Of a stretch of 64,000 bases of DNA, positions 48,364 through 59,182 are shown one piece after another. Position 1 is the first letter of the stretch; each line of letters opens with the position of its first letter. Made by a program: the position numbers and the translations under genes. The notes under the pieces were generated by a model that saw nothing but the letters and a program-made list of their open reading frames with translations, made no database searches and was not told the origin of the DNA. Source of the stretch: Thermoleophilia bacterium (GTDB taxonomy: Bacteria; Actinomycetota; Thermoleophilia; BMS3ABIN01); contig JACWAD010000105.1 in the NCBI GenBank assembly GCA_014874175.1, forward strand, positions 365 to 64,364, in the 5' to 3' direction.

Positions 48364-50602
48364 TGCCCTCCTTGATGTCGTTAAAGTCTTCTAGGAGGAC
48401 GCCGCATTCGAAGCCTTCCTCGACCTCGCGTACATCTTCCTTGAACCGCTTCAACGACGCCAGCTTGCCGGTCCAGACAATGGTGCCCTCGCGCACTACC
48501 CGCACCTGGGAGCTGCGGGTTATTTTTCCCCGTGTCACATAGCAGCCGCCAATATTGCCCAGCTTCGAGGCCTTGAACACCTGCCGAATCTCCGCTTCTC
48601 CCAACTCTTCTTCCACAAAAGTCGGCTCGAGCATGCCCAGCAGCGCCGCCCTGACATCTTCTGTCACCTTGTAAATAACGCCGTAGGTGCGCACGTCCAC
48701 GCCCTCGAGGTCTGCCACTGTCTTGGCGGCGGCGTTGGGGCGCACATTGAAGCCGATGACGATAGCCTGGGAGGCAGCCGCCAGCATCACGTCCGACTCG
48801 TTAATGGCGCCAACGCCCTTGTGGATGATATTGATCTTGACTTCCTCGTGCTTGATCTGACCGAGCGCCTCTTCCAGCGCCTCGATTGAGCCGGCCACGT
48901 CGGCCTTGACAATCAGGTTGAGATCCTTGACCTCCCCCTCCTTGATCCTGGCAAAGACATCATCCAGGGAAAGGGCGCGGCGCTTGGCCAGCATCTCCGC
49001 CTTGAGCCTGTCGGACCGGCGGCCGGCCAGAACGCGGGCGCGGCGCTCATCTTCCACCACACGGCAGTATTCCCCCGCCTGCGGGATGGAGTCAAAACCG
49101 AGGATCTCCACCGGCACTGAGGGACCCGCCGCCTTGAGGGGCCTGCCCCTGAAGTCGCTCATGGCCTTTACCTTGCCGGAAGCCTGCCCGGCGACGATGG
49201 CGTCGCCGACGTGCATGGTGCCGCGGTCAACAAGAACGGAGGCCACGACGCCGCGGCCGGGATCGATCCTTGACTCGATGACGACGCCGCTGGCGCGGGC
49301 GTCGGGATTGGCCTTCAGCTCCTGCACTTCGGCCACCAGCAGGATCATCTCCATCAGGTTGTCCAGGCCGATCCTCTGCTTGGCGCTAACGTCGGCAAAA
49401 ATGGTGTCGCCGCCCCAGTCCTCCGGAATCAGGCCCCGCTCGGAAAGCTCCTGGCGCACCCGCTCCGGATGGGCTTCGGGCTTGTCAATCTTGTTGACCG
49501 CCACCACCACAGGCACGCTGGCGGCCCTGGCGTGATCAATTGCCTCAATGGTCTGCGGCATAACGCCGTCGTCTGCAGCGACCACCAGGACGGCTACGTC
49601 CGTGACCTTGGCGCCGCGGGCCCGCATGGCGGTAAAAGCCTCGTGGCCGGGAGTATCCAAAAAGGTTATCTTCTTGCCGGCGTGCTCCGCCTGGTAGGCA
49701 CCAATATGCTGGGTAATGCCGCCCACCTCGGTCGCCGTAACCTCCGTCTCGCGGATGGCGTCCAGCAGTGAGGTTTTGCCGTGATCCACATGCCCCATGA
49801 TGGTAACGACCGGTGCGCGGGAAACCAAATCTTCCGGACGGTCAACGACCTTCTCCTGCTCCGCCTCCTCGGCAGCGTGGACGATCTCTACCCGGCGGCC
49901 CATGTCGTCGGCCAGGGTGCTTACGGCTTCGTCGCTGAGCGACTGGGTGATTGTCGCCATCTCTCCGTAGCCCATCAGCCGTTTCATGATATCGGCCGCA
50001 GAAAAGCCAAGCAACTGGGACAGCTCTTTGACCGTAACCCCTGAGTTAACCTTGACCAGCTCGTCGGCTGCCGTGGTTTCCGGGGCCGGGCGCTCCGCCA
50101 CAGCTGTGGCTTCCTTGCCCTTGGCATTCTTGTGCCGGACACGCTGGTGACGGCCGGAGGGCACGAAGCTGCGCCGTTTGGCCGCGCCAGGATCGATGAT
50201 GACCCGCCGCCGTTTTCCCTGCAACGGAACGGCAACCGGCGCTTTCCTCAGCTTCTTGGGGGGTTTCGCCTTTTTTTCCTTCTCCTCGCTGACGCCCACA
50301 CCCGCAGCTGGCTTGGCTGCGCCTGAATCCGCAGCCGGTCCGGCCTGCGGCGGCGCTTTTTTTATATCCCTCTTTTTCTTGGTATCAGGCGTGGTCTTAT
50401 TTGCCGCTTGCCTGGCGGCGCCCGTATTCATGTTTGCCCCGGCCTGAACTGCACCCGCCGCCAGCGCCTTTTTTGCCTCGTTTTCATCCACGCTGGCGAG
50501 GCTGCCGCTCACCGCAATTCCGGCAGCCTTCAGGGACGCCGTCACTTCGGCGCTGGTAAGGTCAAACTCCCTTGCTATCTCGTAGATTCGCTTTTTTGCC
50601 AT
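48320..50602 (-). CDS. infB: Translation initiation factor IF-2
   Basis: GTP-binding domain ([24 protein letters not shown]), 760 aa with a low-complexity N-terminal linker. Confidence 0.97.
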   Translation of the reverse strand: MAKKRIYEIAREFDLTSAEVTASLKAAGIAVSGSLASVDENEAKKALAAGAVQAGANMNTGAARQAANKTTPDTKKKRDIKKAPPQAGPAADSGAAKPAAGVGVSEEKEKKAKPPKKLRKAPVAVPLQGKRRRVIIDPGAAKRRSFVPSGRHQRVRHKNAKGKEATAVAERPAPETTAADELVKVNSGVTVKELSQLLGFSAADIMKRLMGYGEMATITQSLSDEAVSTLADDMGRRVEIVHAAEEAEQEKVVDRPEDLVSRAPVVTIMGHVDHGKTSLLDAIRETEVTATEVGGITQHIGAYQAEHAGKKITFLDTPGHEAFTAMRARGAKVTDVAVLVVAADDGVMPQTIEAIDHARAASVPVVVAVNKIDKPEAHPERVRQELSERGLIPEDWGGDTIFADVSAKQRIGLDNLMEMILLVAEVQELKANPDARASGVVIESRIDPGRGVVASVLVDRGTMHVGDAIVAGQASGKVKAMSDFRGRPLKAAGPSVPVEILGFDSIPQAGEYCRVVEDERRARVLAGRRSDRLKAEMLAKRRALSLDDVFARIKEGEVKDLNLIVKADVAGSIEALEEALGQIKHEEVKINIIHKGVGAINESDVMLAAASQAIVIGFNVRPNAAAKTVADLEGVDVRTYGVIYKVTEDVRAALLGMLEPTFVEEELGEAEIRQVFKASKLGNIGGCYVTRGKITRSSQVRVVREGTIVWTGKLASLKRFKEDVREVEEGFECGVLLEDFNDIKEGNVLEFYETKEVKPG

Positions 50603-50876
50603 TTTTTACCAGTGTAATAAGCAGATGCTCAAAATCGTGCCGCAGGATACCTGCATCGACGGCCGCCTTGAGCCGCCTTTCAAAGGCTTTTTTTCTTAAA
50701 GCCCTTTCGAAGCAATCAGGATCGGGGCAGGTGTAGGCACCTCGCCCTTCGCCCCTTAAGCCGGTATCCACCATGGCCAGGCTCCGGGTCACAGTAAACC
50801 TGACCAGCGAGTGCTTGGCAAACCTGCCGCCACAGCCGGCGCACTGCCGCTGCGGCACATGGCCGCGGCGGGTCAA
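50562..50876 (-). CDS. YlxR/RnpM-family (DUF448) RNA-binding protein
   Basis: RQCAGCGGRFAKHSLVRFTV ... GRGAYTCPDPDC. Position between nusA and infB. Confidence 0.8.
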   Translation of the reverse strand: MTRRGHVPQRQCAGCGGRFAKHSLVRFTVTRSLAMVDTGLRGEGRGAYTCPDPDCFERALRKKAFERRLKAAVDAGILRHDFEHLLITLVKNGKKANLRDSKGV

Positions 50877-50878
50877 CC

Positions 50879-52279
50879 TCAGGATCCCGACTTGGCGGCC
50901 TGGGTTTCGCTGGTCTCGCCGGCCGCGGCGTCGGTTTCCCGGGCGCCGGCCTGCGCCTCCTGGACGCCGGCATCCCCGGCCTGGCTTTCCTCACCTGCGG
51001 CCGCGGCGGCAGTTTCAGCCTGCTGCGCCTCCGGTTCTGCCTCGGCCAGCTTCTGGTGGGCAGGGATGCCGCAATACCTGCTGCCGGGCAGAGCCGCGTT
51101 GGGACAGCGCTTGCCGCCCTTGGTTAGTGCGCAGCAGCGGCCGGCCAGCTCTTCTGCTTCTTCGTCCGAGAAAACCATGGCCGCTTCTTCCTCAGCCATC
51201 TGGCTCTCGCTTTTAATGTCTATCCGCCAGCCGGTAAGCTTGTTGGCCAAGCGGGCGTTTTGGCCTTCTTTGCCAATCGCCAGCGACAGCTGATCATCGG
51301 GAACCACAACCGTGGCAGATTTTTCCTCGTCATCAACAAGCACCTCGCGCACCATGGCCGGGCTGAGCGCCTTGGCGACAAAGCGCGCCGGTTCGTCATT
51401 GAAAGGAATAATGTCGATTTTTTCGCCGCGCAGCTCGCTTACCACCATGCGCACCCGCGAGCCGCGGGGACCCACGCAGGCGCCAACCGGGTCGATCCCT
51501 TCTTCTTTCGACTCAACCGCTATCTTGGAGCGGTAACCGGGCTCCCGGGCCACGTTCCTGATTACAACCAGCCCATCCGCCACTTCAGGCACTTCAAGCT
51601 CGAACAGTTTGCGGATCAGCTCTTCGCTGCGCCTGGATACGATCACCTGGGGCCCTTTTGTATGCTCGCGCACGTCGACGATCACCGCCTTGATGCGTGA
51701 GCCGTGGTCGTAACGCTCGTGATCAACCTGCTCGCTTTCAGGCAGCAGGGCCTCCACCTTGCCCAGGTCAACCAGAGTGTAGCGCTGATCGCTCTGCTGA
51801 ACGATGCCGGTGACAATCTCGCCCACGCGCCCGGCGTACTCGTCATACATCATGTCGCGCTCCGCCTCGCGGATGCGCTGAAAGATTACCTGCTTTGCAG
51901 TCTGGGCGGCGATGCGGCCAAAATCCTCAGGCGTTTCGATGAGCACCTTCTCAATCTCGCTCTCATCGTACATGGAGAGGTCAAACTCCTCCTCCTCCTC
52001 CTCACCCGCCTCGCCGGGAGCCTCTGCGGCAGCAGGCTCTTCTCCCGCCGCCTCGGCTTCCGCCACTGCCGCCGGGCGCTCCGGAAGAATAAGCTGGAAG
52101 ATTCTGATCTGACCGTCGTTCGGGTCAATCTCCACCTTGGCGTGCTCTACGGCGCCCGGAGTTTTCTTGTAGGCGGATAAAAGGGCATCCTCCAAAGCAG
52201 CGAGGAGAACCGTAAAACTGATTCCCTTCTCCTGCTCCATGACCCTGAGGGCCTCGACGATTTCCCTGCTCACTGTCAA
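50879..52279 (-). CDS. nusA: Transcription termination/antitermination factor NusA, with a C-terminal Cys-containing and acidic extension
   Basis: NusA N-terminal domain, S1, two KH domains. C-terminal tail includes CCALTKGGKRCPNAALPGSRYC. Confidence 0.93.
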   Translation of the reverse strand: MTVSREIVEALRVMEQEKGISFTVLLAALEDALLSAYKKTPGAVEHAKVEIDPNDGQIRIFQLILPERPAAVAEAEAAGEEPAAAEAPGEAGEEEEEEFDLSMYDESEIEKVLIETPEDFGRIAAQTAKQVIFQRIREAERDMMYDEYAGRVGEIVTGIVQQSDQRYTLVDLGKVEALLPESEQVDHERYDHGSRIKAVIVDVREHTKGPQVIVSRRSEELIRKLFELEVPEVADGLVVIRNVAREPGYRSKIAVESKEEGIDPVGACVGPRGSRVRMVVSELRGEKIDIIPFNDEPARFVAKALSPAMVREVLVDDEEKSATVVVPDDQLSLAIGKEGQNARLANKLTGWRIDIKSESQMAEEEAAMVFSDEEAEELAGRCCALTKGGKRCPNAALPGSRYCGIPAHQKLAEAEPEAQQAETAAAAAGEESQAGDAGVQEAQAGARETDAAAGETSETQAAKSGS

Positions 52280-52300
52280 ACTCCTTTATTCGAATGCCCG

Positions 52301-52807
52301 TCACCGGCGTTTTTCCCTTCCGCTACGTCTGCTCCGCCGCGGGCTCTTCTTTTCAAATTCAAAGACCGTCCGGGCCCGGGACACCTGGGAAAAAGGTATC
52401 CGGACCTGCCTTCCTTCCTGGTCAAGCACAAGCGACCGGTCATCTGCAGAGACTAAAAAACCGGTGAAGTTGCGCAGTCCTTGCACCGGGCCAAATGTCC
52501 TGACATTGATCTTTTTTCCGGCCGCCGCCCGGAAATGCCCAGGCGTGCGCAGCCGTCTCTCCAGCCCCGGGGACGAAACCTCAATCGTGAAGTCTCTCAG
52601 GTACCTTTCCAGCAGGCCCGTAACCCGTACGCACAAATCATGGCTAACACCATCCGGGTGGTCGATAAACACCCGCAGCGCCGGGTTGCCACCGTGGCTG
52701 CGCCGGCCACCCTCAACCTCTGCATCAACGATCTCAACCCCTGGCAGATTGTCCTTAAGGGTCTTTTCTATATCCGCAATTATGGTTGCCGTATCCACTG
52801 CAAGCAA
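52301..52807 (-). CDS. rimP: Ribosome maturation factor RimP
   Basis: 168 aa. Conserved position upstream of nusA. Confidence 0.85.
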   Translation of the reverse strand: MLAVDTATIIADIEKTLKDNLPGVEIVDAEVEGGRRSHGGNPALRVFIDHPDGVSHDLCVRVTGLLERYLRDFTIEVSSPGLERRLRTPGHFRAAAGKKINVRTFGPVQGLRNFTGFLVSADDRSLVLDQEGRQVRIPFSQVSRARTVFEFEKKSPRRSRRSGREKRR

Positions 52808-52876
52808 AATGCCCGGGCCAGCGATGAGCCCAAGGAACGCCCTGGCGGAGCTAAAAAATTGGCCTCACAAATATAA

Positions 52877-52896
52877 AAGTGGGCTTACACCCACTC
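52877..52896 (-). terminator. Probable intrinsic terminator downstream of the rhomboid gene
   Basis: Minus strand reads GAGUGGGUGUAAGCCCACUUUUAUAUUU: 6-bp stem with 6-nt loop followed by a U-rich tract. Confidence 0.5.
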
Positions 52897-52931
52897 CGGT
52901 TGAACGAACCTCGCAGTTTAACGAGATTATA

Positions 52932-53741
52932 TCACACTGCTAAAAAGCGCCGCAAGTGGGAAAAGCCTGTCACGCCTTGTCCCCCAAATGAAAATTCCTT
53001 GAAAATCGAGGCATTTTTAATATCGTATCCGCCCACGTCAGGCCGGCCGGCAGTAGCGCTGTTTTCGTTAACACATGACCTCCCCCGCATGAACAACCAG
53101 ATGGTGACAAGCCCGGCGGCAAAGCCGCCTATGTGAGCAAAATAAGCAACGCCGCCGCTTGCGTCGCCTGAAAAACCCAGCGCTGAAGAGGCGAACTGCA
53201 GCGCAACCCAAAAAACAAGCACGACCACCGCCGGCAGCTCTATAAACGTGATAAAGATTCCCAGGAAGATGAGCGTCATCACCCGCGCCCGGGGAAACAG
53301 GAGCAGGTAGGCGCCCAGCACCCCGGCTATGGCCCCGCTGGCGCCGACATTGGGAATCTGCGAGCCGGGCATAACGATTATCTGCGCAGCCGTGGCCGCC
53401 AGGCCGCACATCATGTAAAAAACAATGAAGCGGAACCGTCCCATGGAATCCTCAACATTGTTGCCAAAAATCCAGAGAAAAAGCATGTTGCCGCCTACAT
53501 GGAGCCAGCTGGCGTGCACGAACATGGAGGCAAATATTGTCAGATCGGCGGGGAAACCGTGCTTAAAAAGATCAACGCCGTGAGTGATCTCAAACGGAGT
53601 CATTCCGTACCTGAGCAAAAAGCTGTTCATGAGCGGCCCCAGTGAAACCTCGTAAAGAAACACGGCGAAATTGGCTGCAATCAGCAGCACCGTTATTAAC
53701 GGAAAGCGGCTCAAGGGAATGTTGTCTTTTAGGGGCAGCAA
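52932..53741 (-). CDS. Rhomboid-family intramembrane serine protease
   Basis: GASGAIAGVLGAY (catalytic Ser) and HIGGF (catalytic His), 6-7 TM segments. Confidence 0.9.
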   Translation of the reverse strand: MLPLKDNIPLSRFPLITVLLIAANFAVFLYEVSLGPLMNSFLLRYGMTPFEITHGVDLFKHGFPADLTIFASMFVHASWLHVGGNMLFLWIFGNNVEDSMGRFRFIVFYMMCGLAATAAQIIVMPGSQIPNVGASGAIAGVLGAYLLLFPRARVMTLIFLGIFITFIELPAVVVLVFWVALQFASSALGFSGDASGGVAYFAHIGGFAAGLVTIWLFMRGRSCVNENSATAGRPDVGGYDIKNASIFKEFSFGGQGVTGFSHLRRFLAV

Positions 53742-53987
53742 TTTTTTTTAGGCAGGGCCGGTACTCAGGTTATCATTTCCATGATCCTGCTCAAAAATCA
53801 AGTGATCAAATCGATATCACCGCCTGTCACGCACCAGGGAAGAAACCTTTGCAAACCGCGCGCCAAATGGACAATCCGGCAAAAAGTAAGGGTGCCACGC
53901 CAACACGCAGGGGCATGGCTTGCCATGCCCCTGCGTTAAGAAAACACAAATACAAACACCCCGGAAGGCCCTTCTTCCAGATGCAGA

Positions 53988-55571
53988 TTAGCCAGGCGGT
54001 TCCGCCGGAAACCATATCTCAGCGCCGCTCCCGTCATAGCAGCTTGCAAAGAGTGCGGTCCGGAAACGGGAGATCCCGGACGGCACGTCATACTTGAGCT
54101 CAAGTTTCACCTGGCCTCCCGGCTCGATCTGTGAAAATTCAGCGGGCAGTGGGCAGGCCACGGACACATCCGCCGGGCTGGTCACGACTTTCTCAATTGA
54201 CATATTGTCGGCAATTCCCGGCCCCTCATTTGTGACCAGATAGTCCACATCCAGCCGGCCGGAAAGATAATCCTGGTAGCTTCCCCAAAAAACAGAGTCA
54301 ATCGAGAGTGAAAGGCGGGGCTCGGGCGGCTCCGTCAGCGTGGCGGCGTAAATGTCCCACTTGCCGCTTCTCTTGTCCTGCCAGACAACCTTATTGCCCT
54401 TGATTACTGGATTGATCTGGTCTCCGGGCCGGTTGCAGACAGGCTGTTCGATATTGGTGGACAGGTCCTTGAGATAAATATCCCAATTGTCTACCCAGTC
54501 GCCGTTCTCATCGAAAAAGCCGTTCCTGTTGTCCTGGTAAACCACCAGGTTGCCGCTTAGTGAAGGACTAACCTGGTCTGCCGGCTCCTGCACCAGGGGC
54601 ACGCCGTAAGTTGCCGGATCTGCCGCATAAATGTGCCACCGTTCCCCCGGCTCATTCAGCTTTTGTTGATAAACGACCTGGCCACTGCTAATTGAGGGGT
54701 GCCTCCTTGAGTATTTGCTGCCGCCACCGCTCGCGGTGCCTCCGCCCAGCTTTGACAGGTAGGTCGTGTCGCCTGTTTCCAGGTTGCACGACACAATCAA
54801 CGGCTCATAGTACTGGCCGGCGTAACCGCGTTCTTTTACCCAAACGGCGGTGGAGCCGTCTATATCGGGATCGTAACGCATGTTGGGGATATCATGACTG
54901 TCCAACATGCGGCTGCGCATGGTGCTGAAATCCAGCAGCCTGATAGTGCTACCGCTGTCGCTGATTACGGCTTTCTGGCCAGAAAGAGCCATCGATGACG
55001 CCCGCGGGGCGGCAATGCACCTGCCCATATCTTGGCCGATCAGGCGCAGGCATCCCTGGGAAGAGGTATCCTGCCAGGCGAAAGCGCTGCCATCGCTGAC
55101 CGGTCCAGCCCAGATTTCGGCTCCCGAAAGCAGCTCCTCGGCCTCTCCGCCATAAATGTCCTTTCTCAGCAGACTGTCTGAAATCCCGCGGTCAAGAAAA
55201 TATACCTCGTCTCCGTCCAGGTCCGGGTAGAGGTGATCGCCGGGACCCGTCGCCACAGGCAACTCCTGGACGTTCCATGGTAACGCGGATGCTTGCGACC
55301 GGGCTGGAAACCCCAGACAGGCCGCAGCCAACAACCCCAGAAATAAAATTACCGATCCCTGCTTGAAGAAAGCCCAGGAGGATAAAGATGCGCCACCCCG
55401 CTTAAATCCCCGCTTTTTTCTCCATTCCCTTCCTGCCGGGATGTTTTTTGACAGCCTGCATAAGCTTGCCAGCCGGATGCGCCCGCCTGTCTCATCGCTT
55501 CTGTTAAAACGCGCTTGCTTTTCCCGCTTCAGCCATTGATTCCACATCGTCTCCCCGCTTTCCGATTCCAC
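53988..55571 (-). CDS. Secreted/membrane-anchored PD40 (TolB-like) beta-propeller repeat protein
   Basis: Signal/TM segment ILFLGLLAAACLGFPARSQA. Recurrent WDIYLKD / WHIYAAD / KWDIYAAT PD40-type repeats. The listed start is probably too far upstream. Confidence 0.55.
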   Translation of the reverse strand: MESESGETMWNQWLKREKQARFNRSDETGGRIRLASLCRLSKNIPAGREWRKKRGFKRGGASLSSWAFFKQGSVILFLGLLAAACLGFPARSQASALPWNVQELPVATGPGDHLYPDLDGDEVYFLDRGISDSLLRKDIYGGEAEELLSGAEIWAGPVSDGSAFAWQDTSSQGCLRLIGQDMGRCIAAPRASSMALSGQKAVISDSGSTIRLLDFSTMRSRMLDSHDIPNMRYDPDIDGSTAVWVKERGYAGQYYEPLIVSCNLETGDTTYLSKLGGGTASGGGSKYSRRHPSISSGQVVYQQKLNEPGERWHIYAADPATYGVPLVQEPADQVSPSLSGNLVVYQDNRNGFFDENGDWVDNWDIYLKDLSTNIEQPVCNRPGDQINPVIKGNKVVWQDKRSGKWDIYAATLTEPPEPRLSLSIDSVFWGSYQDYLSGRLDVDYLVTNEGPGIADNMSIEKVVTSPADVSVACPLPAEFSQIEPGGQVKLELKYDVPSGISRFRTALFASCYDGSGAEIWFPAEPPG

Positions 55572-55827
55572 TTCCGCTTTTCAATCTTCTGATCCAGCAA
55601 TAAAGTTGTCCGCGCCTTTTACATTTTCTGTCCTTCTTCACTTTGGCCATTGTAGTTCCATCAATGCTTCACTTCTGCTGCAACTTATCAAACGAGAAGA
55701 CGTTTGTAATCCAACTTTGGTTGTATTTTGACCCGGGGAAAGATGTATTTTTTGGAAAGAAGACAGTGCCGGCCCGGGAAATTTTCAGCCCCGGCCGCGG
55801 ACCGGATGGGAATGATCGATCCCGATT

Positions 55828-57084
55828 TTATTCGCCGGCAAGCACGGGAACCGTTGCGCCGGCATCCATCAACACCCAGGCCTGCCCGTCCGGTTTGGCC
55901 TTAAACGCTTCATCAACGGCCTCCTGCAGGCGTCCGACCGGCCTCATAAAAGCATTCCGGGCCACTTCCGCCTCCACCCCCACGGCCGCCCATATCTGTG
56001 CCCTTTGGCAAATCCGGGCCAGGCGCGCCGCCTTGTGGTATCCGAGCCGGTAGCCACCGGCCGCCTGGCTGATTACCCGGTCCGGCGTGCCGCACCCGCT
56101 CATCAGCCTTAAAAAACTGCCGTTGCCTACGCCGGCGCGGCAGGCAGAGACAATGATCAAAATGCCTCCGTCATTGAGGACTAACTGGCCGTTTTCAATC
56201 CCTTTCTGCGACTGATAGAAATCGATGTCAAGCGGCGGCGTCATCACGGCAATGACAATATCGGCGCGGCGCAGCGCAGGCACGGCGTAAAGCTCATCCA
56301 CTTTTGGCGCAGCCTGGGCAAACGCCGGCCGCATTCCACCGGCGGCTGCATGATAAATTCCTCCATTCCTGTCAAGCACAGCCTGCACGGCAAAAAGGTC
56401 AAGCTGCGGCCGGCTTAAAAGGAAACCGAGAGCCTCGTCCATGTCTGCGTGGACGGGATTTCCCTCAAGGACAAGGGCGCGGGACTCAGGCTTAAGGGCC
56501 AGCCTGTGGTTCTGCTCGATTGTGTCAAATCCGGAAATCCCGGGAAGCACGATTTTCCTGCCGCCCGTATAACCGGCAAAATAGTGAGGCTCAACGGAGC
56601 CAAGCACAAGAATCCTGTGAGCCGCCACTGCCCTCCGGCTCAGGAAGACCTCGGTTCCAGCCGCTGTTTTGCCTGCGCGCACCAGGCCCTCCGGATTGCG
56701 CGCGTCGTGGATTTCCACCCGGCTGTGCACCCGGCTCCACTGGCTGGCGAACATGCGGCCCAGCTCCGTCCGCGAGGGCGGCCGGTGCGTGCCGGTAGCA
56801 ACCAGAAAGGAAAGATCCCACCTGGAGATTTCTTCCCACAAGGCCTCCAGCATTACGGCCGTGGGCGTGGGGCGGGTGGCGTCATTAATAATCACCAGCA
56901 CAGGCTCGCCAGGCCGGGCAAAGTCACGCAGGGCCGGCCGGTCCAACGGGTGGAGGGCGGCGCTGCGGATGGCCTTGGCCGGGTCAAGCGGACGCGGCTC
57001 CGCCGGCCGCAAAACCCCAAGCAACCGGTCCGGGGGAATACTAATTGCCAGCTCATGTTCCCCGTAGGGAATCTGTATTGCCAT
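55828..57084 (-). CDS. LarA-like (DUF2088, nickel-pincer-cofactor racemase/epimerase family) protein
   Basis: 418 aa. N-terminal IQIPYGEHELAISIPPDRLLGVLRP pattern typical of lactate racemase LarA. No larBCE nearby. Confidence 0.6.
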   Translation of the reverse strand: MAIQIPYGEHELAISIPPDRLLGVLRPAEPRPLDPAKAIRSAALHPLDRPALRDFARPGEPVLVIINDATRPTPTAVMLEALWEEISRWDLSFLVATGTHRPPSRTELGRMFASQWSRVHSRVEIHDARNPEGLVRAGKTAAGTEVFLSRRAVAAHRILVLGSVEPHYFAGYTGGRKIVLPGISGFDTIEQNHRLALKPESRALVLEGNPVHADMDEALGFLLSRPQLDLFAVQAVLDRNGGIYHAAAGGMRPAFAQAAPKVDELYAVPALRRADIVIAVMTPPLDIDFYQSQKGIENGQLVLNDGGILIIVSACRAGVGNGSFLRLMSGCGTPDRVISQAAGGYRLGYHKAARLARICQRAQIWAAVGVEAEVARNAFMRPVGRLQEAVDEAFKAKPDGQAWVLMDAGATVPVLAGE

Positions 57085-57186
57085 ATTTCAAGTCTAAGAG
57101 TCCGGGCCAGAAAAGATCAAATGCGGCGCTGACAGGACAATGATACCGCGCCGCGAAAATTTATAACTGCAATATTACTTCTCTTT

Positions 57187-57615
57187 ATGCGCCAAACGCT
57201 GCCGGCAGGAATGATAATGTTACAAAAGATATCGTTGGCAATCGCCGTCCTGCTTATGGTCGTGCCGTTGGCCTGTGGAGGCGGACAGGCGCCGGCTGCA
57301 CAAGGAAAGACAGCAGGGGCTGAAACCATCAGCAAGGCCCGGAAGCAGGCGGCTGAGCTGGCGGCCCAGACACAGTTAAGAAATGCGGAGACAGGCGAAG
57401 AGGAGTATTTTGGCCGGCATCAAGCTTTTGCGCCTTCGGCAGCGGCGCTAAGAGCCGAATTTCCCCATCTGAGCCCCAGGCTGAAAGTGGTGAAGGGCAG
57501 CGCCACCGGCTTTGAAATCAGCATTCAGGCGGATGATCCCAGCAAGACAGCCTATATCATCCGCAAAACCGGCGACCTCATCGAGCGTGTTGACAGCAAT
57601 GGACAACCGTGGTAA
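57187..57615 (+). CDS. Hypothetical lipoprotein
   Basis: Signal peptide with lipobox LAC (LLMVVPLACGGGQ). No recognisable domain. Confidence 0.5.
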   Translation: MRQTLPAGMIMLQKISLAIAVLLMVVPLACGGGQAPAAQGKTAGAETISKARKQAAELAAQTQLRNAETGEEEYFGRHQAFAPSAAALRAEFPHLSPRLKVVKGSATGFEISIQADDPSKTAYIIRKTGDLIERVDSNGQPW

Positions 57616-57712
57616 CACGCGGCGGCCTGCTTTCACCATAAAAAGAAGGCCGCCTCTGCTTGACGCATATCCCCGGAACAGCCTTGCAGCCTGGAAGCGG
57701 CCGGGGCGGGCC

Positions 57713-59182
57713 CTACTGATTGGCTCCCGTCGTTGCTGTCGTCGTGCCCGTCGTAACCGCGGCTGTGGCGCCGGTTCCTGTCAGCGCCTCAGATTCCTGC
57801 TGCGCCAGCGCTTCCAGGCGATATCTTTTCTTCATGTCAAGAATCCGTTTGACCGACTTGTCGATGTCATCCTCCTTGAGCTTGCCCGTTTTTACCGCGG
57901 CAATTATGGCGTCATAGGCCTGTTGCTGTTTTGCCGGCGTGTAGGCAAACATGACCATGTCCGCGCCTGCCGCAATGGCGGCCACGGCTGCGTCGCCGGG
58001 GCTCTCGGTGATCGCGCCCATCTCCAGGTCGTCAGTGATAATGACTCCGTGAAACCCGAGCTGGCCGCGCAGCATGCCGGTGATAATTGGCCGCGAGAGC
58101 GAGGCCGGCGTCTTGGTCGGGTCCAGCGCCGGCACAGACTCATGCGCCACCATGATCATGGGGGCGTCAGCCTTGATTGCCGCCTGGAAAGGGGGCAGAT
58201 CGGTGTTTTGAATAGAGGCGAGGTCCTTGCTGATGGTGGGAAGCGTCTGCTCCGGGTCGTCTTGAGCCGATCCCAGCCCCGGGAAGTGCTTGACACAGGA
58301 AATAGCTGTGGCGTCATTGAAACCCTTCACCGCCGCCGCCACAAGTGTCGCAGTTACCTGGGGATCGTCGCCATAGCTGCGGGTATACATAATTGAGCTG
58401 TAACCGGAAGTGACGTCCGCAACCGGGGCCAGGTCCGTATTAATGCCCAGTTTCTTCAAATCGCGGCCGGCATAAGAAGAAAGCATCATGGCAGAGTCGG
58501 CGCCGGCGCCGCCCCTCATGGTGCCTATGAACGGCTCGGAGTAATTTGGCCCAATGTCCATGAAGCGCCGTGTCTTTCCCCCTTCCTGGTCGGTAGCGAT
58601 CATCAGCTGGGCCGGCTGACCGGACTGCGCCGCAAGCTGCTGCAGCGTTTCATCAAGCTGAGCCACCTGGCTATCGGAAGAGATGTTGGAGGCATAAAGA
58701 ATAACGGCGCCTATGTGCCGGTCATGGATCATTTTTTTCAGGGAGTCGTCGAGGGTGGTGCCATCAAACCCGATCATCATCATCTGGCCGACCTTTTCCT
58801 CCAGAGTCATCCTGGCAATTTCCTGGTCGGTTGAAGACGGCGGGGTAGTCGCAGTGGCAGGCACCGTGGCCGCTGTGGTTTTTGCAGCGACCGGGCTTCC
58901 GCCTGATCGCCTCAGCAAAGCAGCAGCGCCACCGGCGGCCAGCACTATCACTACCGCGCCGATCAGGCCAATAGCGGAGGGCCTTTTGTACCACGATGAC
59001 GAAGCCGGCTTCGAGCGGAGTTGCTCAGGCTCAGGAGGCTTTGCAGAAGGTTTCTTCCGGTAGCGGTCCATCCTTCTGCCGAGGCCGAGCTGATTCCAGT
59101 CAACATTCTTGTCATCCTTTTCCCCGCCCAAAAAGACACCTCCTTCAGTTTCACTGACCGATTGCCAGCAGCATGGAGACAC
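57713..59182 (-). CDS. Glycoside hydrolase family 3 beta-N-acetylhexosaminidase (NagZ/YbbD-like), membrane anchored
   Basis: GH3 N-terminal domain motifs (KHFPGLGSAQDD; DDLEMGAI), N-terminal TM segment and Thr/Pro-rich linker. The likely start is an internal Met near 59071. Confidence 0.8.
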   Translation of the reverse strand: MSPCCWQSVSETEGGVFLGGEKDDKNVDWNQLGLGRRMDRYRKKPSAKPPEPEQLRSKPASSSWYKRPSAIGLIGAVVIVLAAGGAAALLRRSGGSPVAAKTTAATVPATATTPPSSTDQEIARMTLEEKVGQMMMIGFDGTTLDDSLKKMIHDRHIGAVILYASNISSDSQVAQLDETLQQLAAQSGQPAQLMIATDQEGGKTRRFMDIGPNYSEPFIGTMRGGAGADSAMMLSSYAGRDLKKLGINTDLAPVADVTSGYSSIMYTRSYGDDPQVTATLVAAAVKGFNDATAISCVKHFPGLGSAQDDPEQTLPTISKDLASIQNTDLPPFQAAIKADAPMIMVAHESVPALDPTKTPASLSRPIITGMLRGQLGFHGVIITDDLEMGAITESPGDAAVAAIAAGADMVMFAYTPAKQQQAYDAIIAAVKTGKLKEDDIDKSVKRILDMKKRYRLEALAQQESEALTGTGATAAVTTGTTTATTGANQ

